DNA of 64,000 bases, taken from Pseudogymnoascus verrucosus. Taxonomy: Eukaryota. Shown piece after piece: positions 46,949 to 60,152 of this stretch. The position numbers were made by a program, and so were the translations under genes. The stretch lies in the NCBI GenBank assembly GCA_001662655.1, contig KV460276.1; one strand, written 5' to 3'. The notes under the pieces are model-generated. The model saw only the letters and a program-made list of their open reading frames with translations. It was not told the DNA's origin and did not search any database. Every line of letters starts with the position of its first letter. Within the stretch, counting starts at the first letter, position 1.

Positions 46949-48118
46949 TCATTTTCCACTCATCTCCGGACGTAAAAGCATTCGAAACAACGACTTCTGC
47001 TTTCGCTCTTCCACCAGTCGCGCGTCTCCTTTAGCACCCTTCTTCAGACACTCACGTCGCTCCATCTCATCCGGCACGTCAGAGAAGAGTTCGCAGTTGT
47101 GGGTCACGCCACCATACACCATAGAATTGCAGAATCTCTCGTCATCCTCCATCTTTTCCGTGATAGCATCATTGGTGATGACGTCAAAATGGCAGCCGAG
47201 AACAAATTTGAATGGGGCGTCCGCGGGCCATCTTCTGTCCAGGTAGCGCTTGAAGCCCACGAGATTTTTCGATAGCGCGCGGCGCTCGAACCACCACGAG
47301 ACAAGAAGAAAATACGTGCCGTCAGGATGAAGCCGGCAGTCCAAGACCTTGGCGGGCTCGTTATGAGGTTTCCCATTCTCCGGGCTGACAAGGGTGACCA
47401 TGATATTGTCGAATCCCCCGATTTTGACGGCTGGATCCTCTGGGAGTGGCACAGTCGTAATTTCCATGTCTGTCCACGGCATCTCGCCACTGTTTTCAGG
47501 CCTAGGAACTGGCCTAACAGTGCCTTGCAAGTGGTCAGGGACAGCATAGAGGCGTTTATCCGGAGGAACCTCATCTGAGCTGTCATCATCTGAGTCACTA
47601 GACTCGGAGTTGACACTTTGAGATGGTGCTCTCTTCCTGCGAGACCTGTGACCAGCTTCAGACGCAGGAGTTGATGCAGGGCTTGGCTGCTGGTGCGGTG
47701 TCGCCTTCTGGGAAAGGTGTTAAAACGAGACTCGAATGGCCTTTACGGGGTCATAACTTACCTTGCCTCTCCTAACTGCCCTCTCTTTCCTCAGCTTTTC
47801 CATTTTCTCCCTCCCCCTCGCTGAAACATTCCTCGGTTTGGCGTCTGCCGAGGAAACCTTGACATCCTCGCCTCTCGACAATCTGACCTTTGCCGTAGCT
47901 TTTTTCGGCCGTTTTGAGACTCTTTCCGATTTTTCTGCCTTTTCTGCTTTTTGCGGGCCGTTGCCATAAATCGGTGGCGGATTTACTACTTCATCTCTGT
48001 AGAGATATGTGTTTGTCTTCTCGTTCCATCCGCACACTAAGCGGAGAACATCTTTTGGCCTCGAGTTTGGCGGCTCAGCAGTGGGAATCTCGGATTCTGA
48101 TTGAGCGGGCTGTGCCAT
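46949..48118 (-). CDS. Uncharacterised basic, probably nuclear protein with a divergent BAH-like domain, 2 exons (~371 aa)
   Basis: GT-AG intron 47761-47708 joins the ORF at 48118 in frame to ORF 46949..47530. AKVLDCR..YFLLVSWWFERRAL..WP..FVLGCHFDVITNDAITEK resembles the BAH core. Confidence 0.65.
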
Positions 48119-51100
48119 GTTGACAGAGGGCAGCCCACCCAGCGTACTGACGAGGTTTGAGGAAGCCCAAGAGTAAGTTTCTTTGATGATAGTCCCGTGA
48201 CTGTCTGTCCGGTGATGGACCAGGGAGTTAGCGTATACAGGAGACGCGAAAGACCCGTAGATAACGCGACAGTGGATAAAATATTAAGGTTATTGAAACC
48301 GGAAGGATTTTGTATGAAATGTTTGATGGATTTTGATGTGAAAAGTGAAAGGAACACGAGAGATGATTGATGGCGGATGGAAAATGTGATCGATCACCGT
48401 GCAATCCCGTGTAATACCACGTAAGATGATGCGCTTGTTGTTCGGGCGGCCGTGCCGCGCTTAAGATTTTCTCAACCAAGGAAACCACCAAGACGTGTCT
48501 TGTCTCTTTGAGAAGGAAGCAAGGGTCAAGACACAAAGATCACCCGCGCAATTCATCAAAGGCACTCTGATATCACTTTGAGATAGAAGCAATGAATTCT
48601 AATAAATGCGATAACCGCGACTTACTATTCGTTTCCCGCTTTAGGCGTGGTGCAATTGTACTAATCACGTGACCTCGCTCTCCCTTTTCGGCACTTATCA
48701 AATTGAGAAGATTATGAATGGAGCGGAATGGAATAGAAGCCTTCGTGAGTCGTTGAAGAGATCAGACAATATTTTGCTTTGCACCATTCTTGGGCAGTGT
48801 GGTCAAGTGATGCCAAGCTCAGATCTTAGTGACTAATCTAAAGACAAAATTGTGGCGTACCCTCCGTCTTTAGATCAGTTACAGGAATCTTGATCTAAAG
48901 ATGAAGATTGTGGCGTACCAAGAAGAGCTGGGCCGCTGTCTGACTTACATATTCAAGATGAGGCGCTTTCCGTGGCAATGGCTGACCGTGACTAAGTAAT
49001 ACCGTGATCGATATGCAAGCATAAGCTTAACAAGTGAGTTCAGCCCGCCAGAGCGGGACGGAAGCAGATCATCATGGTCGTATTACAGTACGCCGGGGGA
49101 ACATCAATGCCGATGGAATTGAACCGCAAACCTCCCATTGTACGGGCAGCCACTCCATTATCATCTTTATTCTCTTGGACCGTCCTATATTCTAACTCGT
49201 GCGGTAGATCTCCATGCACATAAATGCCTGAGGATAAACAGCACTAAGCCGGGAGAAATGACGAGAGAAATGACGGGAGAAGAAACGGGGGAAAGAACAA
49301 AAGGAAGATCGTGAGATTAGGGTGTTGGAACACTCTTCATCTTTCTGTGTTGTTCTAGAGAGAGGTTTGCATGGCCAGTGATAATGGGGATGCCTGACAG
49401 GTCCACAGCAGTACGCTGCCAACACGTGCTTAAAGGAGGACAGACTTGAAAGGGAGTCGATGACCGCGTCGGTACATGTGCCTCCGGGATTTTTACTGGA
49501 GCTTCTAACTTTCTTGCTTTATGGATTTCTGGTCTGCATATGGCATTCATTAGGTGCATTAAGCAGCGGGCGGGGGCACGAAGACGCGTACGGTTCAAGT
49601 ACAGCAGATACAACAAACGTGAAACTGAAGCTCCATATTCGTCCTTCGTTGCTTACCTCCTTCGTCTCCCTTTTTTTCTATCTCTTGATTTCCCTCCTCA
49701 TCTTCCCTCTCCACCGAAGCTCAATGCCAGACGTTCTAACGTATCACGTTACTTTAATCTAGCCGAGGCTGGATATAATACGGATACGGATATGGATACT
49801 CGACACCGCGTACAAGAAGTGCATTCGTAGTGTGGTATGTGATAGAGTAGAGAGAATGGAGCAGATGGAGCAAAAGTATGCACCAAGCACGGAGTTGAGG
49901 TCTCAGGAGAAAGGAGTACATCGTTTACCTTATCCAATACGCGCTAAATATAAGTACCTTCTTGGCTTTTCCATCCAACCCCTTTACCCTGTCATTACCC
50001 TGTCGCCGTCGGGCGCCGATTGTCTCCGTGTTGGGAATATGCCGGTCATGGAGTGCCGGAGTGACGGACCGCACGCTTAAATCCTTCCTTAATCCTTCCC
50101 TCATCGCTCTATTTTCCGCATTTACCCTCCTTAATAAACTCACTAGAGTAATCACTACTTAACCATCTCTCAGCCCCATGGAGAGCGAATCGCTGCCGCC
50201 ATGGCCGCCGATCTCTACTCGATCACTCCCGAGTTGTGTCCACAAACAATCAATCCAATGCAACCTACTGTAGGGGTGGTGCCTTGCGAGAGACGCGCCA
50301 GTAGCAGGTACAGTATGGGGCATACCCGGATTAATTGCACCCGCCAACAACACGAATCCTAGCTGACAGTCGTCCAGGAGAAACCTTGTTCCAATGGGGG
50401 GAAAACTACCCTCAATTATCCTGGCTTCATTCTTCCTTCTTCCGCGATCGTCCTTCATGCTCCTTAATCCTTCGTAGCACAGTGTCTGTTGGTCTCCACT
50501 CAAATGCGGGGCGTCACGTTTGCTCGAAAGCTTCTCTGTGTGTTTTGTATACGCATAGCTGTGATCTCACGCTCTTCCATCTGGCCTCGTTGTCGTCCAT
50601 ATGCTGTAGCCGCTGTTGAAGTCCAAACAAGGCTGCTAATCCACCCGCAATGCAGCCCTGCCAGCCACCAACAGACTGCCAGAGAGGAGGCGCACCACTG
50701 CCGGATTAACGTGGATGCGGTCCATGCGGCGGGGGTGGAGTTGAACAGGCGCAATCAGCCAGTAACGGCCACGATAAACATTTATCCCGTCCCCCAGATT
50801 TTGGTCAGGGTTCTTTGACAGGCATTCCCCGCAACAGCTGAAGCATGGTGGCGCCGCTATCATTGAGGGTTGGCATCTGGTGACTTCAAACCTCCCCAAC
50901 TTCAATTTGGGAATGCTTGCGTGGCCATGAATTGAGTCCAGTCGGAGTCGATGGCACCCTACGATAATTCTACCTCTTCTCTCGGAACTCGGTCGGTAGA
51001 GGAGAACCGATCTCAGATTCGGATGTGTCTCCAAATATACCCAGAGAGACTCACAAAATTATAACATTCTCAACGTCAGGCGCCTTTAGGAGCCGTAGTT

Positions 51101-51906
51101 TCGTCTCAATGATATTCTGCTCTATACTATGACTTCCCTCCAGTGCTCTCGTTAATGGGTGTCATTAACCACGGACAACGAGCCGCTGTACCGCATTCTC
51201 CATCTTATTCTGGCAACAGTATACCAAAGAGTGGATACTCCACCTGTGGAAGACTACTGTTTATACTTCCATGCAGATACTAAAGATCTTGGTTCTCCAA
51301 TACCGGTTAGCATAGCCCTGACGCGCACCAAAGCGGCGCCAATATGGTAACTCTCCTTGACCAACGCGGGGTCGTCAGCGAATCCGAGCTATTAATCCGA
51401 AGCGCCCTGTTCTCAATCTATATGTTTCGTACATCTTGACCTGTTTTTGGATGAAGCCTCTGACGTCGCGTCTGCATCCTTGCCATGCACCTCTTTCTTC
51501 CATACTTCGGCAGAAGCTTTTGTGGGTTTCTAGTCTGCGAAACACAACCTTCCATCCGCTTTGATAGGCCACTGTTTAGCTAAGAGCAGGGGTGACGGCC
51601 GTATACAACAATTAACTTCGCGGAGATTGAGGGGCGAGAATGGTTGAGATGTCTCATGATGAACTTTAGATTGCCAACCAAGCTGGGGATATGTCCATCA
51701 TCTTTCAGGCATTATGCATCAGGTAAAATAGTGACGATCTATCAACCGACCCTGCGGCGTTCACGGCCCTGATGTCCACGTCCGAGCCTTTGCCCAAGGT
51801 CAACTCGCTACGAGCTGATGCTCAGAGAGATATAAAGAGAAGAAGATTTCCCACAATATTCTAATCATCACCTCACTCAACAACACATCCACAACCATCT
51901 TTCAAA

Positions 51907-53325
51907 ATGATCAGCAAGCTTGCCCTCGCCACCTTCACTCTTCTGGCCGCCGTCAGCGGCCAGCAAGTTGGTACTCTCGAAGCTGAGACTCACCCTTCCA
52001 TGTCTATGCAGACTTGCACCAGCGGAGGAGCTTGCACCAAGAAGGACACCAAGATCGTTCTTGATTCCAACTGGAGATGGCTGCACTCTACTGACGGCTA
52101 CACCAACTGCTACACCGGCAACGAGTGGGACGCAACTCTGTGCCCAGACCCAGAGACTTGCGCCACCAACTGCGCTCTCGACGGTGCTGACTACGAGGGT
52201 GTTTACGGTATCAAGGCTGGCGGCGATTCGCTGACCCTCACATTCGTCACTGGTGCCAACGTTGGATCGCGTGTCTACCTTTTGGCAGATGACAGCACCT
52301 ACCAGGGCTTCAACCTGAAGAACAACGAGTTCACCTTCGATGTTGACATGTCCAACCTCCCCTGCGGACTCAACGGTGCCCTCTACTTCTCCCAGATGGA
52401 CCTTGACGGTGGATTGGCCAACCACGCTGGCAACAAGGCCGGTGCCGCGTACGGAACCGGATACTGTGATGCTCAGTGCCCCCACGACATGAAGTTCATC
52501 AATGGCGAGGTAAGAGAAGCGGTCTACAGACCCTTTAATTTTCCGACTAACACATCATAGGCCAACACCATTGACTGGACCCCATCTGACAGCGACATCA
52601 ACGCTGGCAGCGGAAAGTTCGGAACCTGCTGCACAGAGATGGACATCTGGGAGGCTAACCAGGCCGCCTCCGCCTACACCCCCCACGCATGCAAGGGCCA
52701 AGGCCTCACCCGCTGCGAGGGAACCGACTGTGGTGATGGAGATGACCGCTACTCCGGCGTCTGCGACAAGGACGGATGTGACTTCAACAGCTACCGCATG
52801 GGCGACCCATCCTTCCTCGGTGTCGGCAGGACCGTCGACACCTCCAAGGTCATCACCGTGATCACCCAGTTCGTGACCGCCGACGGCACCGAGTCCGGCG
52901 CTCTCACCTCCATCAAGCGCATCTACGTCCAGGGCGGCAAGACCATCGCCAACTCCGAGAGCAAGATCGATGGCGTTGACGCCACCAACGAGATCACCGA
53001 TGCCTTCTGCGACCAGCAGAAGACTGCCTTCTCCGACAACAACTACTTCAAGACCCTCGGCGGCATGTCTGGCTTCAGCACCGCCCTCGACTCCCCCATG
53101 GTCCTCTCCATGTCCATCTGGGACGACCACGCAGCCTCCATGAACTGGCTCGACTCCACCTACCCCGTCGGCGGCACCGCCCCTGGCAACCTCCGTGGTG
53201 ACTGCGCCGCTACTGATGGCGACCCAGCTACCGTAGAGGCCGCCCACCCAGGCGCCACCGTCACCTTCTCCAACATCAAGTTCGGTCCCATTGGCTCGAC
53301 CTTCGATGCTGGCGCAACCGCATAA
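51907..53325 (+). CDS. cbh1: Secreted GH7 cellobiohydrolase I-like enzyme without CBM1, 2 exons
   Basis: [42 protein letters not shown], catalytic [24 protein letters not shown]; intron 52510-52560. Confidence 0.93.
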
Positions 53326-53979
53326 ATCATAGATTAGATGAATGGGTTAGATGGCTGGGTGCTCAAATTCGTACCTGTACAAATTTTTATTTCTGGGGAA
53401 GACACTGCTGTACATAGAACTTGGTGTAGAAAGGGAAACTATATAAAGAGTGGGTTTAGTGGGATTCTAGACTTCTAGGATAATACAATCATTTGCTCTG
53501 ATATATCACTGACTGATCTGAAATGAGCATTTCGTCTATGAGAATCTAAGATGTGCACGTCGTCTGTGAGATACTTTTATTTCCTGATTATATCCCGATT
53601 ATTCAAAAACAATGCCGTTGAATTAGGAATGACTATTTTCCCCTCCGACGTTGCAGTGCATCTCCATTGCATTTCGACGATGTGACGTTGGGGCAATTAA
53701 TATATCACCGTGTCCTTTCAGCACAACCCAAAGTAGCCCCTCAAATAAACAACCCCACTAGACACGGCAGGAAATTCATCATGCATCTTAGTATTGAGAT
53801 CAGTGTTTGTTATTTCCAGAATCCTACATGACAGTGATATTACGCGTGTTGCAAATCACAACCGCACCCCATTCCGATAAAACACAACCCTAGATAAAAT
53901 GAAAAGAAGAATGGTCCCAGCCCAGCCACAACCAAAATGAACCCCACGGTCGAATTATGCTTTTCCTCCACTATAGTTC

Positions 53980-55695
53980 TCAAGCTTTAACATTGACTCC
54001 ATCGACTCTCGCCCTCCACACCTCTCCCGTCCCAGGCTGATACCCATCGGCAACACTAACAGACTCCTCACTATCCGCGTACCCCGGCAGAGTCTCCGAA
54101 CCCATCTTCGAGTCCGTCTCCTCTGCGGTATACTCCGGAAGAGTCTCCATCGTATCCGCGCTTCCGCGTCTGGCGTACCTAGATCCCTCAGAGGACTGCG
54201 AGACTATATCTTCAACAGCCTCTGCTGCATGCCTCAGATCCGCGATCTCTGTGGCAATGTGGCTAGGCGAAGAGTACGCAGGATGTGGCTCAGTGCTGGG
54301 TAGCATCTCGTCCTTCTCGCTGTACTCGCGCTTCCCTCTGCATCTGCGACGACGCCAGCCACCGCAGCGACGGCGTCTCCTTGGGGACTCGTCGCGGCCA
54401 CAGCCGGAAGCCTCGCGGGCAGCTGCGCGTCTGGCGCGGTGGATGCGGCGGCGGATGTGGAACATTAGGATGGCGAAGAAGAGGACGGTGAAGACGATGA
54501 GAGTAGGGTGGACTGCCTTACGGGCGTGGTGCCACTTGCCTCTGTGACCGTGGTGGCCGTGGTGAGGTCGGTGATGAGGACGGTGATGTGGTCTGTCTTC
54601 GTCATGATGATGGCGGTCGTCAGGGGGTCCCTCCTCGTGTCCAGGTCTCATACGGTGCCTGTCATCATCGTGGTGCTTTCCTCCGTGGCGGTCGTCAGAG
54701 GGTCTCTCTTCGTGCCCAGGTCTCATAGGGTGCCTATCATCATCACTGTGCTCCTCGTGGTGCTTGCCTCCATGGCGGTCGGGTTGGTTGTACTTTCCTG
54801 GATGGAGCTTGCCGGGCTTTTTGTCACAAAAGATGGACTTCACCTTGGACGTGAGGTGCTTCGCGGTTTCCTTGGTGTTGTGGACGGCGATCATAAAGAC
54901 GCACTTCACCGAGTCGCAGAGTGCGATGCCTTGGACCGCATCCACATCATCAGCGACGGGCTTCTCACTGATTGGAGCCTGTTCCCCATGAGGTACAGGG
55001 TGAGCAGCTCCAGTCTCTGAGTCTTCCTCGGGCTTCTGGCCCTTGAATGTATGGGACGCCTGAGACGAGGAAACAGCCAGGTAGATGGGCTTCGGGTTTT
55101 TGCTATACTTTTTGATGTCTAGGATCTCGAGCGATGTATCGTCATGAGAATAAAGAACCGTCAGGCCGAGATCGTTGACAGGCTCGCCGTTGACATTCTT
55201 CACTGCGAATTCAAGGGTGCGCGTCAACGGGCCACAGGTGAGAGACCATTGCATCAGTATGTTATTTAACCCAAGGTATTCTGCGAATTCAAGTGCACCG
55301 ATCGTGCCGTAAGACACGGGGATTCCATTGACGACGAGATCTCCCGATCCACACTCAGGACCCGACCGAGAGAGGTCAATTCTAAAACCCTAGAGTCATG
55401 TCAGTAACCATACGCGCGACAAGCTATAGAATAACGGCTGCGTACCAGTACAGAGTTTGATACTGGGTCGTCCGGTGTGGTAGTTACGATTGGGATAGAT
55501 AGGTGAACGACATGGGAGATTTCGGCTGGGCAACGGTTAGATGCGACGACGGCGACAGGGACAAATTAAGCCTGGAGCAGCTCGAAACTTACTATGAGTT
55601 GCAGAGGCAACATGAACACCATCCCAGGTATTGGGAACAACGAGGGCAGATGCCAACGCTGGCGCCAAGAGCGCGGTTGCCAGGAGGCCACGCAT
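53980..55695 (-). CDS. Uncharacterised type-I membrane protein with a His-rich repeat region, 3 exons
   Basis: Signal peptide MRGLLATALLAPALASA (ATG 55695), two GT-AG introns, His/Asp/Arg-rich repeats, TM segment PTLIVFTVLFFAILMFHI, basic tract, LPEY/LPGY tail motifs. Confidence 0.7.
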
Positions 55696-56397
55696 CACCG
55701 GCAGGCAGCGACGATAACGCCGCGCGGATGGGGCGGGATAAGAGAATAGAGGGACAATAAGAGGGACGATTAGGTAGAAAAGAAGAAGAAGAGATGGAAA
55801 GAAAGGGAACCGAAAGAGTGGCGATAAATAGATGAAGGAATTGGGAGGGATTATTGGTAGAAGAGAGAGGTTGTTGAGGTTTGGTTGAATGAATTATCCT
55901 CCCATTATTTGTCCAACGGTGGGCTGAGGGTGAGAGAGAGGCGGAGGGAGGGGAGATGCGGATGTGATGGGTGATGGAGAGCCAAAATGGCCGCGTAAGT
56001 CTTTTCTTGGAGTACACAGCCTCACTCACCATTGGCTTGTGGTCCCAGATGTACACAGTAATACAGCTAACGCGTTGTGCAACTTGGTGTAATTATAACA
56101 GAAAATAGAAAACAGCTCTAGGATAAAGCTTTAGTATATTCCGCCAGCAATAAATCATTATTATTGTCTATATGGACCGTGGAATCTAGATGAGACAAGA
56201 GCTTTCTTGTAACCTTGAGAGTCCCAATCTTCAGCGGGCGGTGAATATACTATGATCACGTGAGTAACCATCACTATGGCGGTCGGGACACACCTAAACC
56301 GCTATCTGTCATGAGATGATGGTCCAAGCAAGCATCACCACCACGTCTCTCAGCCTCATCTACTCACCACAGTGAAGCTATCCACAACAGGCCAACC

Positions 56398-57047
56398 ATG
56401 GTCCGTACACCCTGCTCCGACCCTGCTTTCGCCTACTGCTTTGATGCGCCGCATTTGGTAGTGCTATCGAGACATACTAACGCGTTTTCCAGCTTCCATT
56501 GGGCCTCCTCACTGCCGCCCAAGGGCATCCCATGCTCGTGGAGCTCAAGAATGGAGAGACGCTGAACGGACATCTCGTGTCATGCGATACCTGGATGAAC
56601 CTCACCCTGAAGGAGGTCGTGCAGACTAGCCCTGTACGTCTACGCATCCCCAGACCATCCTGTCGTCTGCCCCGCGCCATTCAGTTCCATGGCAACAGCT
56701 ATGCGCCGACTCCGTTGACACCCCCAAAACGTACTATGGCTAATTTATATGCGTTTTATAGGAAGGCGACAAGTTCTTCAGACTGGCAGAAGTATATGTT
56801 AAGGGAAACAATGTATGTTTGGGCTCCTAGCACTACCGGCTGTTACAAATGCTAACAATCCCAGATCAAATTCCTCCGCGTACCAGACGAGATTATAGAT
56901 TTGGTCAAGGACCAACAACAAGGACAGCACGGCGGTGGCTACAGGGGAGGGCGCGGAGGCTCAAGAGGAGACCGTGGTGGAAGAGGGGACAGAGGACGTG
57001 GGGGCAGGGGTGGGGGCGGTGGCAGAGGGAGGGGGAGAGGGCAATGA
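56398..57047 (+). CDS. LSM4: U6 snRNA-associated Sm-like protein Lsm4, 4 exons
   Basis: ATG-only exon 1, [60 protein letters not shown] tail. Confidence 0.95.
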
Positions 57048-57434
57048 AAGATTGCTTGACGACACTCGAGGCGGGAGACCTCGCCAGCGGAATTGAGGAC
57101 TGATGCCAGACTACATTGGATGACGCATAGCTTGGCTGGAGTCCGTCAGGATTCAACGGCGCATCAGGAATGCAATCTCCACCACAAGTGGCTGGGCAGG
57201 AATGAGAAAAACGTCCAGCTATGGCATAAGTTGGAGCTGTATAATCATCATATAGAATCCACAGAGCAGTAATTTATCAATCTGCCTCAATCCCGCTTCC
57301 CTCGCGCTCTCCATGAATATAAGAAATATATGAGCCCACAGTGCACGTGACATGTTTAGCGCAAGGCTGACAATAGAGGTTCAACTTCTTGATGCGCCGT
57401 CACTGGGAAATTCGACGACGAAATCCCAACGCCA

Positions 57435-59559
57435 ATGTCAGCTCCGCGGATTGCAGTCGACGGGCTATGGCGCTGCCTCTGTCCTTCATTTGATTCAATT
57501 GTACTCTCTAGAGCCCGATTGCCTGTTTCGAGGGCAAGTTATCGACCATACGTGCCCCGGAGAATACTGAGGCCTTCCAGCTTGAAGCTCTCAATAGCAG
57601 CTTCTCGACGCCAGAATTCCACTCTTGCGAAATCAGTCAACATATCGAATGATAGAAATTTTGCAAATGAGGCATTGGACGCCGCGGAACCCAGCTCCGA
57701 AACCCCTCCGCCGGAAAACTGGGGTGCACTTTCTGTCGTGGAGCTCCACGACATTCTTCGCACAGTGCGAGACGAGAGCGGCTCATACCAGAAAACGATC
57801 AACCTAGTTCAGTATCTGATTAAGAACAGAGGAGAAAGACCAAATGTGCGGCACTTCGATGCACTTATTCGGGCGAATGCCGATGCAGAGAGGGGGAGTG
57901 CGGAAGAGGTCGAGGGGTTGCTGAAGGAGATGGACAAGCAAGGAATCATCGGGGATTCGAGCCTATATCATAGCGTTCTGATGGTATGTTCATTTTCCGC
58001 CTTGCCACAATGTTACAGTACACTGACAGTTCACGTAGACTCTCGCCGTACACCCCAACCATCTTCTCCGGGCGGAAATCCTAACAGAGATGAAAGCCCG
58101 CTGGATCTCTCTCTCCCCACTCGGCTACCACCACCTCATCATCTCTCACCTTCGCGACCGCGAGTACGAACTAGCTCTATCCGTATTCTACTCCCTCCAC
58201 CATCGCCATATACCAGTGGAACCATGGCTTTACGATATCTTAATCTACGTTTTCTCAGAAGCCGGCGAGCTTCCTACGGCTCTCTCCATCCTCCAATCCC
58301 GCGCCGAAGACCCAGACCGCAATCCTTTATACCCAGATCCGCAGGATGTTAGCCCGGGTGTCTGGCCATACTTTCTCGATACTTGTGCTGCGGCATATGA
58401 TTACGCGGGCGTGTTATACGTGTGGCGGAAGCGTGTGGAAATTGATTATTTAAGACCGAGCGACGGCACATTGGCAAATGTCCTCAACACTGCGGCGCTG
58501 GCTGGTGATCCCGCGCTAGCGACCAGTGCCCTGAAAATGTTGGCGGATAGGAAAGGGGAACTGCCTACCAGCAGCTACGAGGCCATGTTGGAGGCGTATG
58601 CGACAGCTAAGGATGTGACGAATGCGTTTCGCGTGCTGTGCATTATGGGCAAGGCGGGCGGAGAAAGCACGAGCAAAACACCTAGCTCGGCAACTACAAG
58701 GCCTCTATTCAAGCTTCTACGAGACGAAGGGTCAGAAGGGATCCAAGATGCATGGAAGGCTTTGAAACCATTACAGGACGAGGGGAAAGAGATTCCTATT
58801 GCTGCTGTAAATGTTATCCTGGAAGCCGCCGCGTCGTCCGGAGAATTGGCGCTTGCAATGCGTCTCTACAAGGAGCTGGTTAGCTCCCAATCCTCCCCCG
58901 CCCCGAAGACAGAGCAACCAGATAGCTCCATAGTCGAGGGAACTTCACCCAATATTCGATACAAGACATCACGGAAAGCCCTGCGTGTCCACCCCGACAC
59001 AACAACGATCAACGTCCTCCTCCAAGGCTGCACGAAGATCCGCAGCTCAGCCAGCCCCAAACGAATGGCAATGTACCTCGCGTCAGAGATGGCGCGCCAA
59101 GGCATCCGACCTGACGAGCTGACCTACGACCGACTCATCCTGGTGTGTCTACACGAGGGACAACAGGATTACGAGGACGCGTTCCGGTATCTGGAAGAGA
59201 TGACGGCGATGGGGTGGCAGGGGAGGGTGAGGAATGGGACGTGGCATGCGCTTGCGCGGCGATGTGCGAGTGAGCGGGATGGGCGTGTGGATACGGTTTT
59301 GGAGATGATGGAGGGGTTGGGGTTGGAGACGGGGAAGTTGAGGGGTGTGGTGAGGGAGTTGTGGGAGGCTGGGCCGGGGGAGAGGCGTAGTGCGGGTCAG
59401 GAGGAGGTTGAAGGCGGTGAGGATGATGGGATGGCGGTGGATGTGGAGGTTGGAGATGGCGTGGAAGGTGGTACGGGAGAGACTGGCAATGAGACCCAGA
59501 CGCCACAGGATGAACAACCTGTCTGGGGCAACCTGCGGAGGAAGCATGGCTCATCATGA
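57435..59559 (+). CDS. Pentatricopeptide-repeat protein, probably mitochondrial, 2 exons
   Basis: N-terminal VDGLWRCLCPSF with an Arg/Ser-rich leader; PPR-like units PNVRHFDALIRAN, PDTTTINVLLQGC, GIRPDELTYDRLILVC; intron ~57984-58039. Confidence 0.82.
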
Positions 59560-60152
59560 TTTAGAGATAATCTACCCGTGCGGTTCAAACTTGACGGGGG
59601 CACTGTATATATTAGCCACCCAGATCTTACGAACGGCTTGTATAATTTATTGGCGGTTTGATTGTTCACATACAGTCTCTATTGGGGCGTATGCTCTAGA
59701 CGAGTACGTTGTATTGATGGTTACAAATATATAACACAAGTAAATATTCTAGATGTAACAGAATTCATCTTCCGTCAGAGTTCTCCCACTTGTTCCTTCA
59801 TTTGATGCCATCATGGTTCATACATGGAACCAACCAGCACAAGCCATCTACTCCACTGACCAGCTTCTAGACAGCCATGCAATATGGCTTGGTTGGGCTG
59901 GGCGTGTGGCTATGAGGACGTCCGGCAAGAACCTCTGAGATAATATCGGCAGAGTAACTCTCCTTCGCTGGCTTTTGACTCTGTTCTGTCTCATGCGCCC
60001 GCCGGATCTTCAACGGAGTATGTGGGCAGTTCTGGCGTAGCCCGGCAAACCTCCTCGATAGTGGCCAGCCCTCTACACACTGATCTCAGCTCACGCTGCG
60101 ATACACAGCTATTTCTGGCACCGCCATCATACACTAGGCCCCATCTTGCCTC

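Noticed and set aside
49192..51572. Cluster of short ORFs between the BAH-like gene and GH7
   Set aside because: No recognisable domain or consistent exon chain; may be intergenic or an unidentifiable remnant.
53200..53325. GH7 lacking a CBM1 as a truncation
   Set aside because: The catalytic domain ends normally and CBM-less GH7 enzymes are common.
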